A stretch of 64,000 nt of DNA, from assembly GCA_041288095.1 (NCBI GenBank), contig JBGGMJ010000082.1, positions 16,349 through 80,348 of the forward strand, read 5' to 3'. The DNA is from Myxococcota bacterium (GTDB lineage: Bacteria; Myxococcota; XYA12-FULL-58-9; JALHOP01). Positions within the stretch are counted from its first letter, which is position 1, and every line of letters starts with the position of its first letter. Below the pieces are notes generated by a model. It was given only the letters and a program-made list of their open reading frames with translations, was not told where the DNA came from and did not search any database. The position numbers and the translations under genes were made by a program. Positions 35,945 through 44,708 of the stretch are shown here, one piece after another.

Positions 35945-36727
35945 CTACCGCATGTTCGCGGTGAGCACCGTCGACAGCTCGCGCTCCGGTAGGTCACTGA
36001 CCACCGAATAAACCAACCCCTGCGAGTACCACTGCGCCGTCGTGTAGCCGCGCACTTGGCGGATGAGGACGCGCCGATCGCCGATCTGGTAGCCCGGGAT
36101 CACCTCGGAGAAGCGTGGATGCGCATCGGGGTACACGAACACGGACATGCGGCCGCCCGGCAGGTCGTAGCGGACATAGGCGGCTTCGCGGTTGGAGAGG
36201 TCGATGACGCGGCCGCCGAGCTCGACCGAGATGGGTTGGTTGCGGACGATGTCGGGGACGTGGACCGCGAACGGCAGCTTGCCGTGGAAGTACTGCTCGA
36301 CCTTCACCAGATCGCCCGCGATGACGTCCATCGGCAGGTTGCGGGCGTGGCGGACGGCGGCTTCTTCGAGGTCTTGAGCTTCGGCGTTGCCGGTCGTGCC
36401 CTGCCAGATGAACGACGCCAAAATGGCGGCGGCGGAGACTGCGGGCCATGTGCGTTGCCAGGCGAGGTGGCGGCGCCTCTCGCGAGCGCAGGCCTGGCCC
36501 ACCTTGTTACGCAAGCTATCGGGACACTCGTCGACCTCGCCAGCGCGGCGCACCGCGAGCCGTAGCTGGCCTTCGCGCTGCAAGTCTGTCCGGCATTGCG
36601 GACAGCCGTAGAGGTGATGCTCAACTTCGGACGCTTGTTGGCTATCGAGCTCCTCATCGAGGAGCCACGGGATCGCCCGTTTCACTTCGTCGCACGTCAT
36701 CATGCGATTGTCCGACGCAGAGCTCAT
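35945..36727 (-). CDS. Zinc-finger (ZAS, zf-HC2) transmembrane anti-sigma factor
   Basis: C..V...IPW.LD.EL...HLYGCPQC, one TM helix and a periplasmic domain; 3 nt downstream of the ECF sigma. Confidence 0.92.
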   Translation of the reverse strand: MSSASDNRMMTCDEVKRAIPWLLDEELDSQQASEVEHHLYGCPQCRTDLQREGQLRLAVRRAGEVDECPDSLRNKVGQACARERRRHLAWQRTWPAVSAAAILASFIWQGTTGNAEAQDLEEAAVRHARNLPMDVIAGDLVKVEQYFHGKLPFAVHVPDIVRNQPISVELGGRVIDLSNREAAYVRYDLPGGRMSVFVYPDAHPRFSEVIPGYQIGDRRVLIRQVRGYTTAQWYSQGLVYSVVSDLPERELSTVLTANMR

Positions 36728-36730
36728 CGC

Positions 36731-37378
36731 TTACCCACTCTTGCGCCGTCTGAAGGCTTGGAGATCGAGCACTTCGCGTTCCTCTGCTCGTGCCCCCGGT
36801 TTGATGATACCCCGCTCGACCGCGAGGCCGGCGAGTTTTTGTTCTAGCAAACGGCGTCCGCGATAGAGGCGGCTCATGACCGTGCCGACCGGTACGTCCA
36901 CCGCCTCGGCGATGTCCTTGTACGGCAGCCCTTCGAGGTCGCAGAGCACCACGACGCTGCGGAAATCCTCGGGCAGCGAATCGAGCGCCTTCACGACGTC
37001 GTCGGAGAGCATGTGCTCGACGTACGCCGCCTCGGGATGCGCGGCGAGCTGCCGCGAGGCTTCGCTGCGCAGCTGCGACGCGACGTCTTCTTGGGTCGCT
37101 CCCTCGAGGATCTCGCGCTCACGCTTTTGCCGGCGGTAGCGGTGAATGAAGGTGTGCGTCAGGACCGTGTAGATCCAAGCCTTGAAGTTGGTGCCGCGCT
37201 CGAACTTGTCTTGGAAGCGCAGCGCCCGCACGACCGTGTCATGGACCAAGTCTTCGGCGAGAGCCTTGTCGCGCGTATAGCGCAGCGCGACGCGAAACAT
37301 CCCGTCTAGGTGCTGCTCGATGAGGGCTTGGAACTCATCGAGTTGCTTGGCTTTTTTGCCGAAGCCGAGAAAACCCAT
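36731..37378 (-). CDS. ECF RNA polymerase sigma factor (SigR/SigH/RpoE1-like)
   Basis: AEDLVHDT..RA.RF...F..GTNFKAW in region 2 and LP..FR.VVVL.D.EGL.Y.DIAE..D.PVGTVMSRLYRGR in region 4. Confidence 0.95.
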   Translation of the reverse strand: MGFLGFGKKAKQLDEFQALIEQHLDGMFRVALRYTRDKALAEDLVHDTVVRALRFQDKFERGTNFKAWIYTVLTHTFIHRYRRQKREREILEGATQEDVASQLRSEASRQLAAHPEAAYVEHMLSDDVVKALDSLPEDFRSVVVLCDLEGLPYKDIAEAVDVPVGTVMSRLYRGRRLLEQKLAGLAVERGIIKPGARAEEREVLDLQAFRRRKSG

Positions 37379-37386
37379 GTGATAGG

Positions 37387-37412
37387 AACGTGCCTCCCGG
37401 TGGGATTATTCC
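37387..37412 (-). promoter_or_regulatory. Autoregulatory ECF promoter
   Basis: Minus-strand GGAAT-N17-CGTT, matching the SigR/SigH-type GGAAT-N18-GTT consensus, 8 nt before the ATG. Confidence 0.65.
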
Positions 37413-37449
37413 CGACCCGGGGGCCTACGTCTATGGCTGCCGATCCCGC

Positions 37450-38553
37450 CTAGATGGCGGGCCGGTATTCGAGCTTGAGGGCCTCGGCGACCGCCTTGTA
37501 GGCGATGAAGCCGTTGTGGGTCGTCAGACCTCCCGCAAGGTGCGGATCGCGCTTGCAGGCCTCGATGGCGCCGAGGTCGGCGAGCTGGATGGCGAAGCGC
37601 GAGGTCACATTGGTGAGACCATAGGTCGAGGTGTGCGCCACCGCGCCCGGCATGTTGGTCACGCCGTAGTGCAGAACGCCGTCGACCACGTAGGTCGGCG
37701 CCTCGTGCGTCGTACCCTTGATGGTCTCGATGCAGCCGCCCTGATCGATGGCGACGTCGACGATGACCGAGCCGTCTTCCATCTCGGACACGAGCTTGCG
37801 CGAGACCAGCGACGGCGCGCGCGCACCCGGGACGAGGACGGCGCCAATCAACAGGTCGGCGCGGCGCACTTCCTCCGAGATGGTGTCGGGATTCGAGTGC
37901 AAGAGGTTCACACGGCTGCCCAAGATGTCGTCGAGGTACTCGAGGCGCGGAACGTTGATGTCGATGATGCTGACGATGGCGCCGAGACCGATGGCGATCT
38001 TGGCCGCCGCGAGGCCGACGGTACCGCCGCCGAGGACGACGACGCGACCACGGCGCACCCCGGGCAGGCCACCAAGCAGGACGCCCTTACCGCCGCGCGC
38101 CTTCTCCAGCAGCGTCGCACCGATCTGCGTGCTCATCTTGCCGGCGACGATCGACATCGGCTGCAAGAGCGGCAACGAGCCGTCCGCGGCGGTGATGGTC
38201 TCGTACGCTACGGCGGTCACTTTCTTTTCGATCAACACCGGCGCGAGCTCGGGCACCGCGGCCAGGTGGAAGTACGTGAAGATGGTTTGCTTCGGCTGGA
38301 TGAGCCCGTGCTCGGCGACGATCGGCTCCTTCACCTTCATGATCATCTCGCCGCGCTTCCACACTTCGGCGGCCGAGTTGATGATGGTGGCACCCGCTTC
38401 TTCGTAGTGCTTGTCGGTGATGCCGCTGCCGGTGCCCGCGTTGGTCTCGATGAGGACCTGGTGGCCGCGCGACTTCAGCATGCGCACGCCGGCTGGGGTG
38501 ATGGCGACGCGGTACTCGTGGACTTTGACTTCCTTCGGCACACCGATGATCAC
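37450..38553 (-). CDS. ald: Alanine dehydrogenase
   Basis: IGVPKEVK.HEYRVAITP, KVKEP, YFHLAA, GGGTVG, DVAIDQGG and HYGVTNMPGAV; AGGAG RBS. Confidence 0.97.
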   Translation of the reverse strand: MIIGVPKEVKVHEYRVAITPAGVRMLKSRGHQVLIETNAGTGSGITDKHYEEAGATIINSAAEVWKRGEMIMKVKEPIVAEHGLIQPKQTIFTYFHLAAVPELAPVLIEKKVTAVAYETITAADGSLPLLQPMSIVAGKMSTQIGATLLEKARGGKGVLLGGLPGVRRGRVVVLGGGTVGLAAAKIAIGLGAIVSIIDINVPRLEYLDDILGSRVNLLHSNPDTISEEVRRADLLIGAVLVPGARAPSLVSRKLVSEMEDGSVIVDVAIDQGGCIETIKGTTHEAPTYVVDGVLHYGVTNMPGAVAHTSTYGLTNVTSRFAIQLADLGAIEACKRDPHLAGGLTTHNGFIAYKAVAEALKLEYRPAI

Positions 38554-38605
38554 GGGCGACTCCTGAAATTAGCGCGGGCGATATATAGCGCGGCGTCGCG
38601 GGCGT

Positions 38606-40090
38606 CTAGCGTCTTCGGTTCAGGCGATCCAGAGCCTCTTGCAGCTCCTTGCGCGTCGACGGCTCGCTCGGCCCCGAGGTGCAGCCCTGCTTGGTGAGCC
38701 TGTCGAGCTGCGTCGTGATGACCTTGCTCACGTGCTCCTTCATCTGCGGGCTCTTGTCGGCCATGTCGCTCAGCGCCCGCACCAGGTGCCAGGTGCCCCG
38801 CTCCCGCATGAGCGCGGCGACCTTGTCTACTTGCGCCGGCGTCGGATCGGCGCAGTGCCCGAGCGCGTACGCGGCGCTCGACTGCACGGTCATTTGCTGC
38901 GACCGCGTGACGATCGAGGTGAGCACGTCGCACCTGCGGCCCTCCGGCTTCTGGTTGTCGCGGATCAGCCAATCCATGACCTCTTTCATGGTGCTGTGGT
39001 CGCGCAGGTCGGCGGAGTCGGCGTGCTCGAGGTAATCGTAGGCGACCGCCGCGCGGCGCTCCGGCGGCAAGATGCGTAAGAGGTCGTTCGCGCAATCGTA
39101 CTTCTTCATGAAGAGCGAATTGCCTTGGCGCAGGCAGCTGGCGACCGCGACGTCGAGGTTCGGGACGTTGCCTTCCTTGCCGAGAACGTTCGCGATGTCG
39201 TCGACGGCTTCGGCGGGAGTACCCGGACTCGCGATGAGGAAGAGCCAGGTGTCGAGGGCCTCGGCCCGCGACAAGCCGGTGAACGCTTGCGACACACGCG
39301 CCAGCGCACCAAGCACCTTGTCGTCGTACTCGTTGCGCATGGCGTAGAGGAGCACGCGTTGCGTCTGCACGTTGACGCGGGCGACGGGCTCCAGCTCTTG
39401 CAGGCAGTGCAGACGCACAGCCGGCGACGGGTCGCGCAAGACACAGCGCTCGAGGGCTTTGCGGGCGGCGAGCTCGTCGAAGGCCGCCGACGACAGGCCG
39501 GTCACCGCCTTGAGGCGATCGCTGTCGTGATTGCGCGGATCGATGAGCGTCGCCAGCAGCTTCGAAGGCTTCGGCACGTCAGGCGTGGTCAGCTTCGGCC
39601 ATTGCCAAAGCTGGGGCACCTGCGGCTCGCCGACATCGTTTATCTGTAGCGGCAAGGCGACCTGACGTAGCTCGGGCGCGAGCAACTGGTTCAAGCGGTT
39701 CGCCACCTGATTGGCGAGCTTCTCCATCACGCGCTGCATCTCCTGCATGCCGCGCTTGCCCACCGGCTCCGTGCCCGAAACGTGGAAGCTCGGCAGGTCC
39801 TGCCGCTTGCCGGGACCGAAGGTCATGTAGATGGAGAAGTCTTCGGCTTCCTCGATGAAGCGGCCCGACACGAGCAGCGTGTAATCGCCCTGCTTCAAGC
39901 CGGCGAAGTCGCTCTTCACGAGCTGCATGTCACCGCGCTGCAAAAGCGGACTGACCGCGGCGTTGTCGAGGATACGCTCGACGTCCTTGAGCTCGATGGG
40001 CTTCCACGTCCGGGTCTCGACGCTGACCACGTATTTGACGACCGGCGGTTGGAACGCCGCGACCAGGGTGGCGAGGATCAGCGCGTTCAT
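38606..40090 (-). CDS. Secreted protein with an alpha/beta N-terminal domain and HEAT repeats, paralog 2
   Basis: Start at ATG 40090 overlaps the upstream stop (ATGA); short signal peptide; HEAT-like P.P.VRL.CL..L repeats; colinear similarity with 40087..41631. Confidence 0.78.
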   Translation of the reverse strand: MNALILATLVAAFQPPVVKYVVSVETRTWKPIELKDVERILDNAAVSPLLQRGDMQLVKSDFAGLKQGDYTLLVSGRFIEEAEDFSIYMTFGPGKRQDLPSFHVSGTEPVGKRGMQEMQRVMEKLANQVANRLNQLLAPELRQVALPLQINDVGEPQVPQLWQWPKLTTPDVPKPSKLLATLIDPRNHDSDRLKAVTGLSSAAFDELAARKALERCVLRDPSPAVRLHCLQELEPVARVNVQTQRVLLYAMRNEYDDKVLGALARVSQAFTGLSRAEALDTWLFLIASPGTPAEAVDDIANVLGKEGNVPNLDVAVASCLRQGNSLFMKKYDCANDLLRILPPERRAAVAYDYLEHADSADLRDHSTMKEVMDWLIRDNQKPEGRRCDVLTSIVTRSQQMTVQSSAAYALGHCADPTPAQVDKVAALMRERGTWHLVRALSDMADKSPQMKEHVSKVITTQLDRLTKQGCTSGPSEPSTRKELQEALDRLNRRR

Positions 40091-41631
40091 CGGCTCCGCT
40101 CCTTTCGATCTTGCTCGCGGCGATCTATCTGCTCGAGCTCTTTCTCGAGCCAAGGGACGTCGGCGGCCTTGTCGTAGTTGCCGGTGGCGCTCATCTCGGC
40201 GACGCGGTTCTTGATGAGCGTTCGCAGCTCGGGGTTCTGCTCGTAGAGGCGCCGCAAGCCGGCGATGCCCGCGCGCTCGCCGCCCGTCTGCACCGACTGC
40301 GCCAGCCGCTGCACCAGCTGCTCGCTGGGCACGCCGTAGTCCGCGATAGCGTCAATCGCCGAATACGAAAGCTCGCGCAGGTAACGCTGCCACAAGACGT
40401 CTTCGAGTTGTGGATCGAGCTTGCACGCGGGCTTGAGCACCGCTTCGAAGCCCCACTGCCAATCGGTGCCGCTCGAGCCTTCACCCTTGCCCGCGCCCCG
40501 CAGGTAAGCGGGCGAGTGCTGATTGGTCTCCTTGAGATACGGCCACAAGATGGCGCGGCGGCGCTTCACATCGAGCGGCTCCATCAGCTCGATGCAGTCG
40601 CGATGGGTGCGCTGGTACTGCTCCATCTTGTGCACGGCGGCGAAGCAGCGCGCGATCGTCGCGTCGAGGTTCGGGACATCGCCCAGCGACTTCAGTGGGC
40701 CATGGGCGCGTCCGGTGTTGCCGGTGCGCTCGAGCCAGGCTTGAATCGCTTCCTGCCGCGACATGCCGCTGAAGTACTCCATCTGGCTGCTCGCCTCCTG
40801 CATCACCTTGCTGTCCTTGTCGGTGCGGAAGACGTTGATGACGACACGCTGGGTGGGGACGAGCTTCCGCGATGACGGACGCAGGCCGATGAGGCACTCC
40901 AAGCGCACCTCGGGGTCGGGGTGTTTCGTCGCGCAGTGCTCGAGACCATTGCGGCGCGACGGCGTGACCAGCGCCTCCGAGATGAGGAGGCGCAGCGTCT
41001 GCGCGCGCCGCTCGCTGTTCTTGCCGAAGAGCTCCTGGGTTTCGGCTTGCGGCGGCTCGGGGACGCGCAGCTCACCCCAGCTCCACGGGATCGTCGGGAC
41101 CTCGAGCGTTGCTTTCGGATCGTCGGGTTTTGGAGGCGCCGTGTCGAGCGTGCCGGTGGGGGTGAGCCGCGACAGGGCCGGCTTCAAGACGGCGAGCAGC
41201 TGCTCCGCCGCCATGCGCGTCGAGGCTTCGATACGCTTGCGCATCTCATCGAGCGGGATCTTTCCAATCACCACGGTGCCGGCGGCGCGAAAGCTCCCGA
41301 CTTCGGCTTTGTCACGCGCTTCGAAGCCCAGCTGGATGGTGTGCGTCTCCGACTCGCCGACCATGCGCCCGGAGACGCGGAGCAAGTAGTCGCCGCGCGC
41401 GTTCGCGAGGTCCTTGGGCTCGACCTTGGTCAGGCGCAACACGCCGGCACGCGTAAGCACGTCGAGGGCGGTCTGTTCGATGACGCGCTCGATGTCGCCG
41501 CGATTGATCGGCTCCCAGTAAGTCTTCTCTTCTTCGGCGACGTAGATGGCGCTGACCGCGACGGCGCGCGCCTCGCCTGCCGCGAGCAAGAGGCCCGCGG
41601 CGACGAACAATCCCAGGGGGGTCTTGCACAT
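40087..41631 (-). CDS. Secreted protein with an alpha/beta N-terminal domain and HEAT repeats, paralog 1
   Basis: Signal peptide LGLFVAAGLLLAAGEARA; start moved to ATG 41631; shares W.PI...D.ER, GDY.L.VSGR and SF...GT..GK..M.EM with its neighbour. Confidence 0.78.
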   Translation of the reverse strand: MCKTPLGLFVAAGLLLAAGEARAVAVSAIYVAEEEKTYWEPINRGDIERVIEQTALDVLTRAGVLRLTKVEPKDLANARGDYLLRVSGRMVGESETHTIQLGFEARDKAEVGSFRAAGTVVIGKIPLDEMRKRIEASTRMAAEQLLAVLKPALSRLTPTGTLDTAPPKPDDPKATLEVPTIPWSWGELRVPEPPQAETQELFGKNSERRAQTLRLLISEALVTPSRRNGLEHCATKHPDPEVRLECLIGLRPSSRKLVPTQRVVINVFRTDKDSKVMQEASSQMEYFSGMSRQEAIQAWLERTGNTGRAHGPLKSLGDVPNLDATIARCFAAVHKMEQYQRTHRDCIELMEPLDVKRRRAILWPYLKETNQHSPAYLRGAGKGEGSSGTDWQWGFEAVLKPACKLDPQLEDVLWQRYLRELSYSAIDAIADYGVPSEQLVQRLAQSVQTGGERAGIAGLRRLYEQNPELRTLIKNRVAEMSATGNYDKAADVPWLEKELEQIDRREQDRKERSR

Positions 41632-41650
41632 GGCCGGCGAGCCTAGCCGA

Positions 41651-43174
41651 TCATGGCGAGTCGGAGCGAGCTTCGCTCCGCCACGTGGCGCGCACGCCGT
41701 CGCGCAGACCCGCGAGGGCGGCGCTGTCGTAGTAGATGCCACGTGACACGACGGCATGGATGCGCCGTGTGTTGGCGATGCTCTCGAGCGGATTGGCGTC
41801 GAGGACCACGAGGTCCGCGAGCTTGCCGGGGGCGACGGTGCCCATCTCGCTCTCGGCAGCGAGGTAGCGCGCCGGATTCACCGTGGCGGCACGCAAGGCT
41901 TCGAGCGGCGTGAGCCCGGCTTCGACCAGGAGCTGTAGCTCGCCATGTAGGCCGGCACCGGCGAGGATGTACGCGTTGCTCTCGTCAGTGCCCGCGAGCA
42001 GCGGGACGCCGGCGCGCTGCATGGCGGCGACCAGCGGCACATAGTCGCGGTAGAGCTGCCGCATCGCCGCATACACCTCGGGTGTTCGGCCTTTGACCAG
42101 GGGATTCGCGCTCGGGTCCCAATAGCGGCGCAGCGCCGGCGACACGAACGCGAAGTCTTCGGGTGACACGAGACCCGAGGGGTCGTCGAGGTAGGCGCCG
42201 TGGTGCAGCATCGACAACGTCGGCACGATCCAGGTGCCGTTGGCCTTGAAGCGCGCGAACAACGCCGCGGCGCGGGCCGGGTCATGGCTCGCGACGGCCT
42301 CGATGGTCTGCAGCCGCCGAAACTTCCAGTACGCGGCTCCGTCTGGATTCGACGCCATGAACTCGGCCTGTCGCTGCTTGAACGTGTCCGCTTTGGAAGA
42401 CAGAACGAGCGGCAGGCCGATCAAGTGCTCCATGCTCTTCTGGCCGGCTTCGCTCGCCTCGGCGATGGTCACCGACTCGGGCACGTGGCCGGCGAACGGC
42501 ATGCCCAACTTCCTGGTCTCGTCAGCGATGGCGTAGAAGACCTCGCGCGGCAACAGCGAGTAGATCTTGATGAAGTCCGCTCCCTCGGCGCGGGCATCAC
42601 GCACGGCGCGTCGAGCCTCGTCCGCTGTAGCGAGCGCGACCGAATGCGGCCAGATCACCTTAGGACCGTCGAAGATGTCGCTCGCCATGTGCATGCGGGG
42701 ACCGACGGCGCGGCCGCTCTCGAAGGCGTCGCGCAGCTCGTAGTGACGGCGGTCTCCCGGTGCGTCGGGCATCGGTAAGGTGGCGCCCTGGGCGTCGCTC
42801 ACGAAGTGCCAGTTCGACCACATGAGACGCACTCCGGTGACGCCCCTGGCGACGAAGAGCGGCCCGGAAGTCAGGTCGGCGAAATGGACGTGCATGTCCC
42901 AAAGGCCCGGGATGACGAACTTGCCCGTGGCGTCGATGGGGACAATGCCGTCGGGTACGGCGTCGGCCGGCCCCACCTGAGTGATGCGGCCCTCCTCGAC
43001 GACGACGGCGCGATCACGCAGCAGGCCGCCACTTTCGACATCGACGACGTCGGCATGCATCAAAGCAAAGCGGCTGGCGTCAGATGCAATGGCCTGGCGC
43101 GGCGCCTGGGCGACCTTGGCGCAGGCGCCGAGGAGACAGAGGAGCGGCAGGAGGCGAGAGGTTTTGGGAGACAT
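41651..43174 (-). CDS. Amidohydrolase-family (metal-dependent) lipoprotein
   Basis: Lipobox LLGAC; IPGLWDMHVH, FIKIY, GHVP, SMEH, AGTD and GK.ADLV.L..NPL; start moved to ATG 43174. Confidence 0.92.
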   Translation of the reverse strand: MSPKTSRLLPLLCLLGACAKVAQAPRQAIASDASRFALMHADVVDVESGGLLRDRAVVVEEGRITQVGPADAVPDGIVPIDATGKFVIPGLWDMHVHFADLTSGPLFVARGVTGVRLMWSNWHFVSDAQGATLPMPDAPGDRRHYELRDAFESGRAVGPRMHMASDIFDGPKVIWPHSVALATADEARRAVRDARAEGADFIKIYSLLPREVFYAIADETRKLGMPFAGHVPESVTIAEASEAGQKSMEHLIGLPLVLSSKADTFKQRQAEFMASNPDGAAYWKFRRLQTIEAVASHDPARAAALFARFKANGTWIVPTLSMLHHGAYLDDPSGLVSPEDFAFVSPALRRYWDPSANPLVKGRTPEVYAAMRQLYRDYVPLVAAMQRAGVPLLAGTDESNAYILAGAGLHGELQLLVEAGLTPLEALRAATVNPARYLAAESEMGTVAPGKLADLVVLDANPLESIANTRRIHAVVSRGIYYDSAALAGLRDGVRATWRSEARSDSP

Positions 43175-43213
43175 GGCCTGACAAGGCCACACTGGAAATC
43201 CGCCTGCAAACAA

Positions 43214-43241
43214 GCAACTCTGACCCTCGAGCAGCCGAGAA
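43214..43241 (+). promoter_or_regulatory. Putative sigma28/FliA-like promoter
   Basis: GCAAC-N15-GCCGAGAA; a second weaker copy GAGAAT-N14-TTCGATAA follows immediately. Confidence 0.45.
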
Positions 43242-43337
43242 TAGAGGCAGCTTTGATTCGATAACGGGGCGGCGTGTATTTGCGTCGCCAGGGTTGTCGA
43301 AGATCAGCGAAAAGTCGTGAGATTTGAGGAGCGTTCG

Positions 43338-44708
43338 ATGTCCTTTCGCGTTGTGGCGCTAGGTAGCTTGCTCGCGGCTCTCGCCGCCTGTAGCGGCAGC
43401 AGCAAGGTCGGTCAGTGCAATGCCACCAACGAGTGCCCCGCCGGCGAGGTGTGCCAGAACAAGGTCTGCGCCCGCACGTGCGACAGCACGACCCCCTGCC
43501 CTGGCGGTTACAGCTGCCAGAACGGCCTCTGCGTGACCGGGTCGACCGGAGCTCCAGAGCTCTCCTCGGTCGCCGGCATGAGCACGGAGATCTGCGATGA
43601 CGGCGTGCCCTGCATCGGCGCCGGCTTCGTGGTCAGCGGCGCGCACCTCGCGAACGCTATCTTCACCATCACCGGTCCCGACGCCGCAGCGAACTCGTAC
43701 GAAATGACGCGCGTGAACGCCACGAGCGACGACAACACGGCGGAGCTCACCCCGGTCTTCCCGCGCCGCCAGGTCGATCTCGGCGAAGGCACCTACGTCA
43801 TCACCGCGGTGAACCAATCGGGCACCGGCAACGCCAACGTCCAGCTCTTGCGCGGCGAGGCCGGCCCGGCGCTCACCGCCGACCAGCTCATCGACCGCAT
43901 CAACACCGCGTCGACCGGCAAGAAGATCCAGGCGCGCTTCCTCGACGTCGTCGGGGGCGGCGGCAGCGGCGCGACCGGTACGCTCACCAGCTACGAGAAC
44001 GGCGGCGCTCCTGTCGACTCGCAACTCCAGCTGCGCGAGATGCGCGTCGTCGTCAACGGCGGCACCACCAACGCAGCCTCGGTCGCGATCAACGAATCGA
44101 AGCTCGAGGAGCTCTGCGCCGACGCCAACGGCTGCTCGATCACCCTGGGCGCCACGCGCTTCCACGATCAAGCCGTGCCGTCCTACGTCATCGCGGCGCC
44201 GCTCAACGGCGGTGAGTGCCGCTTCTACCTCGATCTCGCCAACCACAGCTGGACGCTGTCGCAAGACTGCGTCGCGACGTACGGCGTTTACGCCTACAAC
44301 GGCACCTCGGGCCAATACGAGTTCTCACGTGCTTATCAACGCTACGAGTACTCGAGCGCCTACGGCTTCGACGGCAGCGGCGCGACCGGCACGTACACCT
44401 GCGGCGGCACGCAGGGCGGCGACCTCGACGGCCAGCCGCTCATCGTCGCGAGCTTCAAGGGCGCGTGCTACTTCGCCGAGGCACCCGCTGATACCGCGGG
44501 CGCGCAAACCGGATGCTTCACCGCCGACAACAGCGCGGGGTTCTATCTGACCGCGTCGCACCCGGCGTGGGACTACCCGGGCTCGTATCCCAAGGCCGAC
44601 GTCGATGCCGATGGCGACGGCGACCACGATGGAACCGGAGCCCCGGCTCCCCGCCCCTGGCTTGCTGAGGATGCGCAACGCCAATGCGTGCTCACTATCA
44701 AGGACTAG
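43338..44708 (+). CDS. Cys-rich lipoprotein with an Ig/TIG-like domain and a C-terminal beta domain
   Basis: GAGGAG RBS; lipobox LAAC; C..T.ECP.G..C...C repeats; PELSSV...GFVVSGAHL (IPT-like); DVDADGDGD Ca-type motif. Confidence 0.8.
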   Translation: MSFRVVALGSLLAALAACSGSSKVGQCNATNECPAGEVCQNKVCARTCDSTTPCPGGYSCQNGLCVTGSTGAPELSSVAGMSTEICDDGVPCIGAGFVVSGAHLANAIFTITGPDAAANSYEMTRVNATSDDNTAELTPVFPRRQVDLGEGTYVITAVNQSGTGNANVQLLRGEAGPALTADQLIDRINTASTGKKIQARFLDVVGGGGSGATGTLTSYENGGAPVDSQLQLREMRVVVNGGTTNAASVAINESKLEELCADANGCSITLGATRFHDQAVPSYVIAAPLNGGECRFYLDLANHSWTLSQDCVATYGVYAYNGTSGQYEFSRAYQRYEYSSAYGFDGSGATGTYTCGGTQGGDLDGQPLIVASFKGACYFAEAPADTAGAQTGCFTADNSAGFYLTASHPAWDYPGSYPKADVDADGDGDHDGTGAPAPRPWLAEDAQRQCVLTIKD

